Source: a virus. Taken from it: a stretch of 64,000 nucleotides of DNA. The stretch's first letter is position 1; every line of letters starts with the position of its first letter. The position numbers and the translations under genes were made by a program. The notes below the pieces were generated by a model, which saw nothing but the letters and a program-made list of their open reading frames with translations, was not told where the DNA came from and searched no databases. The stretch lies in IMG/VR virus record IMGVR_UViG_3300010384_000002; one strand, written 5' to 3'. Positions 9,481-18,891 of this stretch are shown piece after piece.

Positions 9481-10254
9481 TCAGCCGGGCGGGCCTGATT
9501 TATCCGTGCCGGATTTGACCAGCGTGTGCTTGTGTCCGGACAGCGAGACGCCCGAGCCGACCACGTCGCCCCCGGCATGCACGCCATCCCCGACGTCGAC
9601 GCCCTGCCCCACCGTGAGGCCGCCATCAATCCCCACGTTCCCGGTAAAGCGGGAATCCGGCACGTCCACCAGCAGGTCGGGCGCCTTGAGCTCGGCACCG
9701 CCGCCCGCCAGCACGCGCACCTTGCCGTCCGGGTCGATGTCGACGGATGCCACGCCGCCGGCCTGCTCGATGTGAATGTGCACGCGCTGGTCGGTGTTGC
9801 GGCGCACCTTGAACCGGCCTTGGAAGTCCTTGCCGGTCAGGTCCTCGTGCGTGGGATCGGTGGCAATGCGCACGAACGCGCCGGATGGGTGGAACCACTC
9901 GGCGTTCCCCTGCCCATCGATCGTGTGATAGAAGTCCGACGGCGAGCGGTCCATGACGCGATCGGCATCCGGAAACAGCAGCTCCGAATCGGTGCCGTGC
10001 AGGAAGCCCTGCACGACCGGCACGCCGTCGTAGAAGGCCACGCACGCGATCAGCTTGCGCTCGCCGGTGGCCGGCACCGCGTACGGGTCGCCGCCGTCCT
10101 GCCCGGCCGGGATGGCGTGCCCGCTGCGGCCCGAATGGCTGCTCGCATGCTCGGCCATGACGCGCACGCCCGGCACGCGCTTGCCGCTGACCAGGAACAG
10201 CAGATCGGCCTTGCCGGTTTCAGGGTGGTACGCGGTAACGCGCGCGAGATTCAT
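9481..10254 (-). CDS. Baseplate central spike (gpV/gp5-like)
   Basis: The real start is MNLARVTAYHPETGKADLLF at ATG 10254, in an ATGA overlap. The C-terminal GVSLSGHKHTLVKSG motif (HxH apex) and beta-helix-like G-rich repeats are typical of spike proteins. The track ORF is over-extended to 10548. Confidence 0.7.
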   Translation of the reverse strand: MNLARVTAYHPETGKADLLFLVSGKRVPGVRVMAEHASSHSGRSGHAIPAGQDGGDPYAVPATGERKLIACVAFYDGVPVVQGFLHGTDSELLFPDADRVMDRSPSDFYHTIDGQGNAEWFHPSGAFVRIATDPTHEDLTGKDFQGRFKVRRNTDQRVHIHIEQAGGVASVDIDPDGKVRVLAGGGAELKAPDLLVDVPDSRFTGNVGIDGGLTVGQGVDVGDGVHAGGDVVGSGVSLSGHKHTLVKSGTDKSGPPG

Positions 10255-11729
10255 AACAGGCCTTTCATGTTGCGCTCGGCGTAGTAGCCGCCATCGTCGC
10301 CGGCGGCGCGCAGGGCGAAGCCGGTGCCGCGCTCGAACGAGAGCGTGGTCTTGAACGTGCCGTTGGGGATGAACTGGTGCGACACGGCCGTGACGTAGTG
10401 CAGCGCCGGCGCCAGGGTGCCGATCGCCGCGCTCACGTACATGCCGCGCTTGATGCGCTCGTTGCCGGCGACCACCATCTGCCCGTCTTCGAGGATCGAG
10501 TTGTCCTTGTTCTGCTCGGCCAGGACGCGGCGCCGCTCGGTGAGCCATGCGATCAGCCGGTCCGTTTCCGCCTGCGACTGTTCCGCCTTCATGGCGTCGG
10601 AATAGTCCTGTTCCGGCGCGCCGAGGGCGCTGGACACCTCCATTTTGCGAAAGCCGAAGCGCGCCGGGTGCGCGTTCACGTAGTCCATCAGAGCGTATTG
10701 CTCCACGTTGCTGGTGGCGGCCAGCTGGCTCACCTCGATGGTGTCCTGAATCTGCCAGCCGTAGTTACTGACCCAAAAATAGTTGGCCACGCCGGCATCG
10801 CTGCGGCCCTGCGTGATGCTTTCGATTTCCGTGGCCGGGATCTCGACGATGGAGTCGTTGGCTTCCTGCTGCGCGGCGGCATCGCCTTGGATCAGGTTGC
10901 CGTCCAGGTCCATGAAGCGGTTGGGCCGGATCACCAGCACCGACGTGCTGTCGCGGTCATCCACGAACATCTCGTTGAAGGGGCCGATGTCGAGGAACTG
11001 GGACAGCAGCTGCCGCACCGAGCCGTCGCTGAACAGCGACACCGACAGGGGCGACACGGTGCCGGCAATGGTCACTTCGGATTCCAGCTGGCCCAGCACC
11101 TGCGCGCCGACCAGGGCGCCGGTCGAGTCTCGAGTCAGGCGCGCCAGGAACGGGTTGATGACCTTTTCCAGCACCAGCTCGGCAAACTCCTTGGCGCTCA
11201 TGATCTTCGCGTCCGCCAGCTCGGCATATTTCTGGAAGAACCGGAACTCGGACATGATGTTGTCCCCGATCACCGAGTTGTTCAGGTAGTAGATGCGGAT
11301 GATGTCGAGCACCTTGCTGAAATCGGCGCCGCCCACGTGCACGCGGCGGTGCAGCTGGCCGCCCATGTTCGCGCGCGAGCGGTCCACGCTGGAAACGAAC
11401 CCGCGCAGCACCACGGGCAGGCCACGCGAGTACTCATGCGGCGAGCGCGCCATGCGGATCTCGATGATGTCGTTCGGCTCGATCAGGTAGCACAGCGATT
11501 CGCCATACTCGGACACGACGCGGTCGACCAGCGCAAGGTTCCACGTGCTCGCGGCGCCCAGCTGGTGCCGGATCGTGACCGGCTCGCCGGTCACAAGGTA
11601 GGCCGTCAGGTCCAGGCTCGTGAGCTCCTGATACCGCGCGGCCGCCTGCTTGCCGGTGGCCAGCGCACCGCGCCGCGCCGTCTTGATCAGGCGCACCTCG
11701 ATCTTCGGCGAATAGGTCCGGATCGTCAT
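10251..11729 (-). CDS. Tail hub/distal tail protein (unassigned)
   Basis: 492-aa ORF immediately after the tape measure gene, with overlapping stop-start signals at both ends. Confidence 0.6.
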   Translation of the reverse strand: MTIRTYSPKIEVRLIKTARRGALATGKQAAARYQELTSLDLTAYLVTGEPVTIRHQLGAASTWNLALVDRVVSEYGESLCYLIEPNDIIEIRMARSPHEYSRGLPVVLRGFVSSVDRSRANMGGQLHRRVHVGGADFSKVLDIIRIYYLNNSVIGDNIMSEFRFFQKYAELADAKIMSAKEFAELVLEKVINPFLARLTRDSTGALVGAQVLGQLESEVTIAGTVSPLSVSLFSDGSVRQLLSQFLDIGPFNEMFVDDRDSTSVLVIRPNRFMDLDGNLIQGDAAAQQEANDSIVEIPATEIESITQGRSDAGVANYFWVSNYGWQIQDTIEVSQLAATSNVEQYALMDYVNAHPARFGFRKMEVSSALGAPEQDYSDAMKAEQSQAETDRLIAWLTERRRVLAEQNKDNSILEDGQMVVAGNERIKRGMYVSAAIGTLAPALHYVTAVSHQFIPNGTFKTTLSFERGTGFALRAAGDDGGYYAERNMKGLL

Positions 11730-14623
11730 TGGCGCGCCCCTGCCGGCACCGGGCCGCCGCCGATGTGCACGCGCGCGGGCGCGGCCAGCGGCTCGCCCGT
11801 TTTTTCGCTACGCACGATCACGTCCACCACGTGGGATTGCGTGCCGCCGCCGGCGCGCACGTTCGAGCTGCCGGCCGCTGCCGGGATGCTGCCGAACGCG
11901 GCGTCGTACAGCGCCATCGAGTTGTCCGCGTACTGCTCGGCGCTTTTGCCGCTGCCGTTGTAGTTCCGGAAGGCGCCGCGCAGGCTGCCGCCCGATCGCC
12001 GCATGGCATCCGCGAACACCTCGGCGCCGGCCATGATGTTCGTTTCCGGGTCCTCCACGTTGTCATCGTTGATGCCGCGCGCCCCATCATAGCGGCTGTT
12101 GAGCTGCATGATGCCCCGGTCCAGGGTGCCGTTCGGGTTCTTGTGCAGCGCTCGATTGAACAGCCCGGATTCCTTGACGCCGATGAGCTTGAGCAAGCGC
12201 CAGTCGACGCCCGTTTTCTTGCCGGCGCGGCGGAAGATGTCGTCGTACGGGCTCGCGGCGCTCAGCTGCTGGGCCTGCTGCGCGATCTGGCGCGAGGATG
12301 CCTTGCTCAGCCCGCTGGCGAGGCTGCCGCCATTACCAGCGGTGTCCGGCGCCTTGGACGAGATGTCGGCGTATTGCTCCTCCAAGCTGGCGTGAAACTC
12401 TTTCGTGTAGTCGTCCGGATTGGCGCGCACCTTGGCCAGCATGGCGCCGATCGCGGCACGCCGGTCAAGGGGCGTGCCAGCCCCCTGCAGCTGGTTGGTA
12501 AGCACGGCGCGCGCTTTTTCGGTCGCGCCATAGGCGTCCTTGAACTTGCCTCCTGTGAGCGCGTTCGCCACTGCCGCTACGGCCTCGCGGATCGAGTTCG
12601 TCATGGGAATCAGCTTCGTGGCCACGTCGGTAGCCAGATTCTCCAGGCTCGCCATGTTCTTGCGGGAGACGTCGCCGTCCGTCATCTCCATGCCGTACTG
12701 CGGCGCCAGGCGCATGAGCACCGTTTTCAGGTCCTCATTGTTCTCGCCCGGCTTGGCCAGGGCGCCGTCGAGCATCTGGCGATCGCCATCGCTCATGCCC
12801 TGCGCCTTGAACCACGCGGCCTTGCTGCGCAGCTGCGACGGGTCGCCGTACTCGATGTCGAGCACGTTGCGCAGGGAGGTGCCGTTGAGCTTGGACGGGT
12901 CGATGTCGTATTTACGTGCCACGCCCATCATGGTGTCGCTCAAGCTGCCGCCGTGCAGGCTCGTCACCTGTTGCAGCATCGCGGCCTGCGAATCGGACAG
13001 GCCGAACAGACCCATCATGTTCTTGCGCTGCATGTCGCCGCTCATGCCGCCCATCTGGCCCATGGCGAGGTCGAAGAACGTGCGGCTGCCGCCCTGCGCC
13101 GCCAGCTTGCGATAGCGCTCCTGCGTGGCGCCGTCGGCCGCCTCGTAAGCCGCGCTGCCCTTGCCGAACACCTGCGCGGCCGTGCCGAACATGCCGGCGT
13201 CCTGCATGAAGCCCATGTCGACGGACGTCATGCCCGGCATCGCGCGCTGCAGGGCCCCGAGCAGGAAATTGCGCTGCGCTTCGCCGCCGGTGTGGCGGAA
13301 CGAGGCGTCGATGGTGCTCAACATGCCAGCGGCGCCAGCCGGGTCCAGGCCGGCCTGCCGCATGTTCAGCAGGTTGCCCATGGCGCCGACGTACCCGCCT
13401 GTATTCGCTGGCGACAGCGCGGCGCTCGTGGCGATCTTCGTGTACGTGGACACGGCCGACAGCACCTCGTCGGCTTTGCTGAACACGCCGGCGCGCGCGA
13501 TCGCCTCGCCCAGCATCATGGCGATGCGGCGGTTGTCGGCGTCGCCGCTGCTCACTTTTGTGTTACGCATCACGCCAAAGAAGCCGGCGCCGGCCTCCGG
13601 GTCCAGGCCCAGCATGCGCGCGAAGCCGCCCGCGCCGCGCAGCTCGGACGTGAACTGGCGCGAGCTCAGCCCGTCGGCACCGGACGTGTGCAGGTAGGTG
13701 GCGGCCAGCTTCGAGCCGTCGCCAAAGGACAGGTCGAGGTTCTTGGACGCGCCGCGCACGGCCTCGCGCAGCTGGTCGAACGTGCTGCTGGTGGCGCCCA
13801 TCTGGCGCAGCATGTCCGAGTAGCCAACGCCCTCCTCCTCGGCCGTGCCGATCTTCGCGCGCGTGGCTTGGATGCCGCGCACGGCCGCATACGCGAGTCC
13901 AGCGACACCCAGGCCGCCGGCGAGGCGCGATATGCCACCGAGCGACAGCAGGCCGCCAGCAGCACCACTTGCCGAGCCCAGCGCACCTTGCGCGATCGAG
14001 CCGCCCACGCCGCTGCCGGCCATGATCGCGCCACCGACGCCGCCGCCCGCGCGCCGCATCATGTCGGCCATGAAGCGCCCGAAATTCTGCTGGGCTGGCG
14101 CCGGCGCGCCACCAGGGGCGTGCAGCCCGAGCTGGCGCATCATGTCGTTGAACTGGCGCCGCGCCGCGACCTCGTTGTTGCCGAGCGATCGCCAGCCGCC
14201 GCCCAGCAGCGATTCCATGCTGACGCCCTGCAGCTTCTTGCGCATGGCCGGGCTGGCGTTGTTGTCGCGCCAGAACGAATAGTCCTTGCCGAACTCGCCA
14301 GCCTGCGCCGCGCTCATGTTGTAGCCGTTCTTGGCCAGGGCCGCCTGCAGGCGCTGGGCCTTGGCCAGCTCGTCGTTCAGCTTCTTGGCGTCGGCGGCCG
14401 CCTTGCCCATACCGGCGCCGGCCTTGCCGCCAGCCGCGCCCAGCGAATCCTCCAGCTTCTTCGCGTTCTTGGCCGCGTCGCCCAAGCCATCGACGAGCTT
14501 GTCGAGGCCCTTGGAATCCAGGCCCTGCCCCAGCGCATCCTTGAGGTCTTTGCCCAGGTCATCGACCTCTTTTTTCACGCCCGAGAGGTCGGCGCTGATG
14601 GGGATTCTAATTCCGCCGGTCAT
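11726..14623 (-). CDS. Tape measure protein with C-terminal lytic transglycosylase (SLT) domain
   Basis: 965 aa. It has a coiled-coil/Gly-Ala-Met-rich body typical of tape measure proteins. The C-terminus GVKESGLFNRALHKNPNGTLDRGIMQLNSRY...AGAEVFADAMR is an SLT-type motif. It follows the chaperone pair. Confidence 0.85.
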   Translation of the reverse strand: MTGGIRIPISADLSGVKKEVDDLGKDLKDALGQGLDSKGLDKLVDGLGDAAKNAKKLEDSLGAAGGKAGAGMGKAAADAKKLNDELAKAQRLQAALAKNGYNMSAAQAGEFGKDYSFWRDNNASPAMRKKLQGVSMESLLGGGWRSLGNNEVAARRQFNDMMRQLGLHAPGGAPAPAQQNFGRFMADMMRRAGGGVGGAIMAGSGVGGSIAQGALGSASGAAGGLLSLGGISRLAGGLGVAGLAYAAVRGIQATRAKIGTAEEEGVGYSDMLRQMGATSSTFDQLREAVRGASKNLDLSFGDGSKLAATYLHTSGADGLSSRQFTSELRGAGGFARMLGLDPEAGAGFFGVMRNTKVSSGDADNRRIAMMLGEAIARAGVFSKADEVLSAVSTYTKIATSAALSPANTGGYVGAMGNLLNMRQAGLDPAGAAGMLSTIDASFRHTGGEAQRNFLLGALQRAMPGMTSVDMGFMQDAGMFGTAAQVFGKGSAAYEAADGATQERYRKLAAQGGSRTFFDLAMGQMGGMSGDMQRKNMMGLFGLSDSQAAMLQQVTSLHGGSLSDTMMGVARKYDIDPSKLNGTSLRNVLDIEYGDPSQLRSKAAWFKAQGMSDGDRQMLDGALAKPGENNEDLKTVLMRLAPQYGMEMTDGDVSRKNMASLENLATDVATKLIPMTNSIREAVAAVANALTGGKFKDAYGATEKARAVLTNQLQGAGTPLDRRAAIGAMLAKVRANPDDYTKEFHASLEEQYADISSKAPDTAGNGGSLASGLSKASSRQIAQQAQQLSAASPYDDIFRRAGKKTGVDWRLLKLIGVKESGLFNRALHKNPNGTLDRGIMQLNSRYDGARGINDDNVEDPETNIMAGAEVFADAMRRSGGSLRGAFRNYNGSGKSAEQYADNSMALYDAAFGSIPAAAGSSNVRAGGGTQSHVVDVIVRSEKTGEPLAAPARVHIGGGPVPAGARQ

Positions 14624-14912
14624 CGATTAAATCCTCGAAATCATCACTTGGCGGGGCGGCATCCGTCGGCTCGGGACGCTCGATCCCGAACAGCTCGTCC
14701 ATCCGCTCCTCGTTTTCATCAAAGTTCTCGTCCACGACCTCATCGGGCACGCCCTTCTCGGCGTAGTGGTGCGCCCAGTACAGGGTCAGGACCTGCTCAT
14801 CATCAAGCGCCAGCCAGCGCGGGTCCGTCGGCAGGACGTTGTAACGGCTCTGCACCGAGAACTGCACCGTCTGGTGCAGCCGGCGCGCCACCTTCTTGGC
14901 CCGCTGCTCCAT
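14607..14912 (-). CDS. Tail assembly chaperone, downstream (T-like) frame
   Basis: 101-aa ORF with near-100% GC3 and an acidic C-terminus. Its reading frame is open from 14945. It overlaps the upstream chaperone ORF by 110 nt and the tape measure gene by 17 nt. Confidence 0.7.
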   Translation of the reverse strand: MEQRAKKVARRLHQTVQFSVQSRYNVLPTDPRWLALDDEQVLTLYWAHHYAEKGVPDEVVDENFDENEERMDELFGIERPEPTDAAPPSDDFEDLIDDRRN

Positions 14913-15258
14913 GTCCTTGAACGACCGGGCGGACTCGAAAGGAGTCTAGTTTTTCCTTCAAGGCGATGTAGAGCTGGAAGATCGAGGTTTCCAGCTCCGG
15001 ATTTTCCGTCAGGTCGATGGCCTCGATGTCTTCCCAGCCGGGCGGGCAATCCACCATCAGCGCGCCATAGCACGCGACCAGATCGGCGTGCGTGCGCATC
15101 ACCTTATCCTGCTCGTCACCCTGACTGTTCGGGCCCAGGATGCGCGAGACGATCGCGTCGATTTTGATCTGCGCGCCGTAGTTCTTGCGGTTGAAGCGGA
15201 ACACGCCGACCCCTTCGAGGGGAACGGTAAAATCATTCGGCTTTGGCTGGTTTTTCAT
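14803..15258 (-). CDS. Tail assembly chaperone, upstream (G-like) frame
   Basis: The real start is MKNQPKPNDFTVPLEG at ATG 15258. The coding signal (GC3) collapses after about 14938 although the frame stays open to 14803. See the frameshift finding. Confidence 0.6.
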   Translation of the reverse strand: MKNQPKPNDFTVPLEGVGVFRFNRKNYGAQIKIDAIVSRILGPNSQGDEQDKVMRTHADLVACYGALMVDCPPGWEDIEAIDLTENPELETSIFQLYIALKEKLDSFRVRPVVQGHGAAGQEGGAPAAPDGAVLGAEPLQRPADGPALAGA

Positions 15259-15275
15259 ATGAATTGGATGGGAAA

Positions 15276-15578
15276 TTAGGGAAGTTGGCGGCCCAGGATG
15301 CGGGCGGCGCGCGCACGGCGCTCCCAGTCCTCGGCGCATTCTTTGCAGCAGAAAACGTCTTCGGATTCGAGGCTCAGCGCCTCGCCGCAGTCGTTGTGAC
15401 AGGACAGGCCGAGCTCTTGCACTTCGGGATCGTCGCGGCCGCGCTGGGCGGCGATCTGGCGTGCCTCGGCCAGCTTCTTGCGCTTGAGGTCGATGACCGA
15501 GACGGGACGGCGCGCGGCGTAGATGTTGGCCTCGCGCTCGATGGCTTCGTAGTTGGATGCGATATCAGTGGTGTCCAT
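15276..15578 (-). CDS. Small Cys-rich protein (possible zinc ribbon)
   Basis: 100 aa with C-terminal CHNDCGEALSLESEDVFCCKECAEDW. No TM segment or lipobox. Its start lies at the foot of an 11-bp hairpin. Confidence 0.6.
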   Translation of the reverse strand: MDTTDIASNYEAIEREANIYAARRPVSVIDLKRKKLAEARQIAAQRGRDDPEVQELGLSCHNDCGEALSLESEDVFCCKECAEDWERRARAARILGRQLP

Positions 15579-15610
15579 GATGGGGTTCCTTTACTCCATG
15601 GAACCCCATC
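15579..15610 (-). promoter_or_regulatory. 11-bp perfect hairpin abutting start codon 15578
   Basis: GATGGGGTTCC-N10-GGAACCCCATC then ATG. The AAGGAA SD lies in the 3' arm. Confidence 0.7.
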
Positions 15611-15616
15611 ATGGCG

Positions 15617-16168
15617 TCACGACCTGACGTACTGGAGGAGGTAAATCAGGCGTTCCAGGGCGCGCCGTGCGGTGAGGCCAGGGAGCACGCGGCCACCGGC
15701 TTTGTTCCAGAGGCAAAAGGCGTCAGCCGCCGCCTGCAGCTGGCCCCGCGTGGTGAAGCGGGCGACGGATGACACGCCGAAGGCGCCCAGGCCGATGTTA
15801 TAGGCGAGGCTCGTGCACGCGGCCGCGCGCTCGGTCTCCAGCAGGTGCAGCGCCGGGCACTTGGCGTACACCTTGGCCAAGAACAGCACCAGCTTGTGGC
15901 GCAGGCGCAGCTCGGCATATTCGGGCGTCCACACGTCGCCCTCGTTGACGCCCTCGGTTTCGCCGTAGCCGTTCGTCCAGGGCTTGCCGGACAGGCCGCG
16001 CAGGTCGGCCGGGATCTCGGCGCGGCCGGCCATGTAGGCCTTGAGCAGGCCAGCTTTGGCCAAGGCAGCGTAGAGCGGCGAGGCCGGGTCCGGGTAGGCG
16101 CGCAGCGCCAGGCCCTCGGACTGCTTGACGAGCCCCACCAGCAGCTCGAAGGCCTCGGACGGCTTCAT
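15617..16168 (-). CDS. Endolysin, lysozyme (GH24-like) family
   Basis: The real start is MKPSEAFELLVGLVKQSEGLALRAYPDP...WTNGYGETEG at ATG 16168, in an ATGA overlap with the holin stop. It has an E-D-T-like lysozyme motif with an insertion. Confidence 0.7.
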   Translation of the reverse strand: MKPSEAFELLVGLVKQSEGLALRAYPDPASPLYAALAKAGLLKAYMAGRAEIPADLRGLSGKPWTNGYGETEGVNEGDVWTPEYAELRLRHKLVLFLAKVYAKCPALHLLETERAAACTSLAYNIGLGAFGVSSVARFTTRGQLQAAADAFCLWNKAGGRVLPGLTARRALERLIYLLQYVRS

Positions 16169-16674
16169 TTCTTGGCCCGCTCGAACGTGCGCCCGACGAA
16201 CCAGAAGCCCAGGATAGCCGACAGGATCGCGGCGTCCTCGGTTGTCCAGCACTGGATGATCGAGGCCCAGGGGTCGCTCGTGCGCAGCGCCACCACGATC
16301 ATGGCCGTCTTGACGATGCCGTAGCAGCCCAGGAAATAATAGGTGGTGAGCGGGCGCACCAGCATGTTGAGGGCGTCAACCCACCAGATGCCGACCTTCT
16401 GCATCTGGCTTTGCAGCGCGGCCGACGTGGCGTCCATCATCTTGAGGGCCGTGCTGATGTCGCCTTGCAGTTGGGACTCGCTCATGGTCGCCGCGTGCTG
16501 GGTGTTGATTTCGGCGGTGCGGTTGGCGCCTTTCAGCGTCTCCAGCTGCACCTGCTTGTCCATCATGGCCAGCTCGTGGCTGTTGTCCGAGCGCTTGTTG
16601 AACAGCGTCAACAGCTCGGGCAGCATGCGCATGAGGCCGCCGCCGAGGGCCGACAGAATCGTGATCAGGGTCAT
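16165..16674 (-). CDS. Holin (3-TM, gene-transfer-release type)
   Basis: The real start is MTLITILSALGGGLMRMLPELLTLF at ATG 16674, with a GGAGA SD 5 nt upstream. Hydrophobic segments at the N-terminus and near the C-terminus. It lies directly upstream of the endolysin. Confidence 0.65.
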   Translation of the reverse strand: MTLITILSALGGGLMRMLPELLTLFNKRSDNSHELAMMDKQVQLETLKGANRTAEINTQHAATMSESQLQGDISTALKMMDATSAALQSQMQKVGIWWVDALNMLVRPLTTYYFLGCYGIVKTAMIVVALRTSDPWASIIQCWTTEDAAILSAILGFWFVGRTFERAKK

Positions 16675-16692
16675 TTGAATCTCCAGGTGGGA

Positions 16693-16717
16693 GCCGCCAC
16701 GGGCGCGCCGTGGCGGC
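16693..16717 (-). other. Stem-loop between the tube and holin genes (no U-tract)
   Basis: 10-bp stem GCCGCCACGG/CCGTGGCGGC with loop GCGCG. Confidence 0.6.
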
Positions 16718-16724
16718 GGGTGGA

Positions 16725-17147
16725 TTACAGGCCGGTACCGCTCACGTCCAGCGCGGCGAACTGCGCGTTGCTCGTGACGATGCGGTGCGCGGAGACTTCG
16801 ACGCTGCCGCCGGTGTAGGTACAGCCCTTGTACTCGCGCAGCACGTCGTTCTCGTCCTTGCCGTAGGTGGTGAACGTGAACACGTTGCCCTTGAGGACGA
16901 CGTCGGAGTTTTCCGCCGTGATGCCGGCTTGACGGCACAGATCCTTGATCAGCACCATCTTGGACACGCTCAGCGAGTGGCGCGCCTGACCGGGCACGTA
17001 CTCGACCACTTTCGCATCACCGATGCCCGACGCCGGCTCGTGGCCGTAGTCGTCGCTCATCTGGACGCTTTGCACCAGCCCGATATCCTTGCCGTCGAAC
17101 GAGACGACGGTGCGATTACCCGAGCGGACTTTCAGATTTTTCTGCAT
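16725..17147 (-). CDS. Tail tube protein
   Basis: 140-aa ORF directly after the sheath gene, with the size and position typical of myophage tube proteins. Confidence 0.75.
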   Translation of the reverse strand: MQKNLKVRSGNRTVVSFDGKDIGLVQSVQMSDDYGHEPASGIGDAKVVEYVPGQARHSLSVSKMVLIKDLCRQAGITAENSDVVLKGNVFTFTTYGKDENDVLREYKGCTYTGGSVEVSAHRIVTSNAQFAALDVSGTGL

Positions 17148-17163
17148 GTTTCACCTTTGAAAG

Positions 17164-18882
17164 TTACGCCGAAGCCGAGCCGCTGTACGGGACAGCGGCC
17201 ACCTCTTGCAGCACATAGTTGGTCGGCAGCACGATGGCCGCCTCGTAGGCGATCCGGATGGCGGTGCCATCGATCCAGCCTTTCAGCTTGCGATACGGCG
17301 GGTTATCCGCATCACCGACGATCACGCCAGGGCCCATCGGCTCAGCCACCGCGCAGGCGTCCAGGGCAGCGCGGACGTACGTCAGCGCGTTGTTCAGGCT
17401 CATCGGCCCGAGCTTCTGGCCGCGCACCTTGTCGGCCGCTTCCTGCGCCGAGCGGCGCACGTAATCGGCGGCAGAGCCGGCCGAGACTTCGGTGCGCAGC
17501 AGGTTGTCCGGGTTCGAGGTGTAGGTCGTGACCGACTGGACCACCTTGACGGTGCCGTTATCGTCTTCCAGCGGCAGCACGCCCGCCTGCAGCAGCGCAT
17601 CGGTGTCGGTCGGGTTAGCCAGCTTGCGCTCGACGCCCTGCACCTTGAGCGACTTGGCGGTCAGCGGGGTGCCCGGCGCCATGCTCGCGGCCATGCCGGC
17701 CAGGATTGCGGCGACGACATACGGCGGGTACAGCGTGAGCTTGTTCTGGCCGTTGTAGTCGTACACGCCCAGGTGGGTATAGGCCGTGCGGTCCGAGTTG
17801 AGCACGGCGGCGGCGGCGCTGGCCACCGCGTCGGTGGTGCCGACATCGGGACCCACGAACGAACGGCGCATTTTCTTGGTGGCGTTCGACATGAACACGC
17901 AATGCGCGTCGACCATGGCGTGCACGGCCGGCAGCGGCGACAGCGCGGCGATCCACTGCACGTCGTCCTTCTTGAGCACGTCCAGGGCGCTCTGCCATTC
18001 CGCGTTCGTGACAACGCCGTCGGATGCGCCGGACAGGTACGTGAAACCGACGTTCGTCGGCGGGGCGCCAGCGCCGACCGGGCGCGAGGCATCCACGAAG
18101 CCCTCGGCAATGCCGTTGAACCAGTCGATGCACGCCTGCAGGTGCGCGGTGACGCTGACGGCTGCGCTCTTGCAATCGGTGGCGGCCATCGTGTCCAGGC
18201 CGTTCAGGGCTGGTTTCGTGCCGTTGTTGTCCAGCACCGACGCGGAAAAGCCCGGCTCGGTGTTGATGCGGTCGACCAGCTCCTGAATCGTCGGGAAGTC
18301 GTTCAGGTCCAGGGCCGTGTTGGTGGCGCCGTAGATCAGCGTGACGGTGGTGTTGGCCACGGCGATGGTGGCGGTTGCCTGCGCGCCCGTGTAGCGCACC
18401 GACAGCGCATTGCGCGCGATGTTGTCGCCGCTGTAGTAGTTGTTGCCGTACTGGGTGGTGAGCTTCTTGCCCGCGATCGAGCCGGATTCTACCTTGTACT
18501 TGATCGAGTTGTTCGGGCGGCCGTAGTCGGTCGACACCAGGGCGATCGATGGCTGGGTCGCCGCGTCCTTGAGCGTGGCCGAGGCCTGCGTGGCCGGGTT
18601 CACGCGCACGAATTTCACCGTCGACGGGGAACCCGCTTCGCTCGACGAGGCAAACGCCTTTTCGATCGCCTTGAGGGTGCTGTCGTCGCCCTTGAGGGTG
18701 TTGCGGGCATCATCCGGCGAGCTGAACGACAGCACCGTGAACGGCTTGCCGCCGGCCGAGCGGCCTAAAATCGCGACGGCGTTGCCGGTGCCGGCGCTCG
18801 CCTCGTACATGGCCGCATCGTTGATGGCCGACGCGCTCGTCGGGGTGATCAGCTGGCGGCCGCCAAAATACACTTTCGACAT
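17164..18882 (-). CDS. Tail sheath protein
   Basis: 572 aa. Position, size and the N-terminal pattern (MSKVYFGGRQLITPTSASAINDAAMYEASAGTGN) are typical of contractile sheath proteins. Confidence 0.8.
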   Translation of the reverse strand: MSKVYFGGRQLITPTSASAINDAAMYEASAGTGNAVAILGRSAGGKPFTVLSFSSPDDARNTLKGDDSTLKAIEKAFASSSEAGSPSTVKFVRVNPATQASATLKDAATQPSIALVSTDYGRPNNSIKYKVESGSIAGKKLTTQYGNNYYSGDNIARNALSVRYTGAQATATIAVANTTVTLIYGATNTALDLNDFPTIQELVDRINTEPGFSASVLDNNGTKPALNGLDTMAATDCKSAAVSVTAHLQACIDWFNGIAEGFVDASRPVGAGAPPTNVGFTYLSGASDGVVTNAEWQSALDVLKKDDVQWIAALSPLPAVHAMVDAHCVFMSNATKKMRRSFVGPDVGTTDAVASAAAAVLNSDRTAYTHLGVYDYNGQNKLTLYPPYVVAAILAGMAASMAPGTPLTAKSLKVQGVERKLANPTDTDALLQAGVLPLEDDNGTVKVVQSVTTYTSNPDNLLRTEVSAGSAADYVRRSAQEAADKVRGQKLGPMSLNNALTYVRAALDACAVAEPMGPGVIVGDADNPPYRKLKGWIDGTAIRIAYEAAIVLPTNYVLQEVAAVPYSGSASA

Positions 18883-18891
18883 GGTTTCTCC

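Noticed and set aside
15276-15578. The 100-aa gene after the endolysin acting as a spanin (Rz/Rz1).
   Set aside because: It has no N-terminal TM segment, no signal peptide and no lipobox. It has a charged helical N-terminus and a Cys-rich C-terminus instead.
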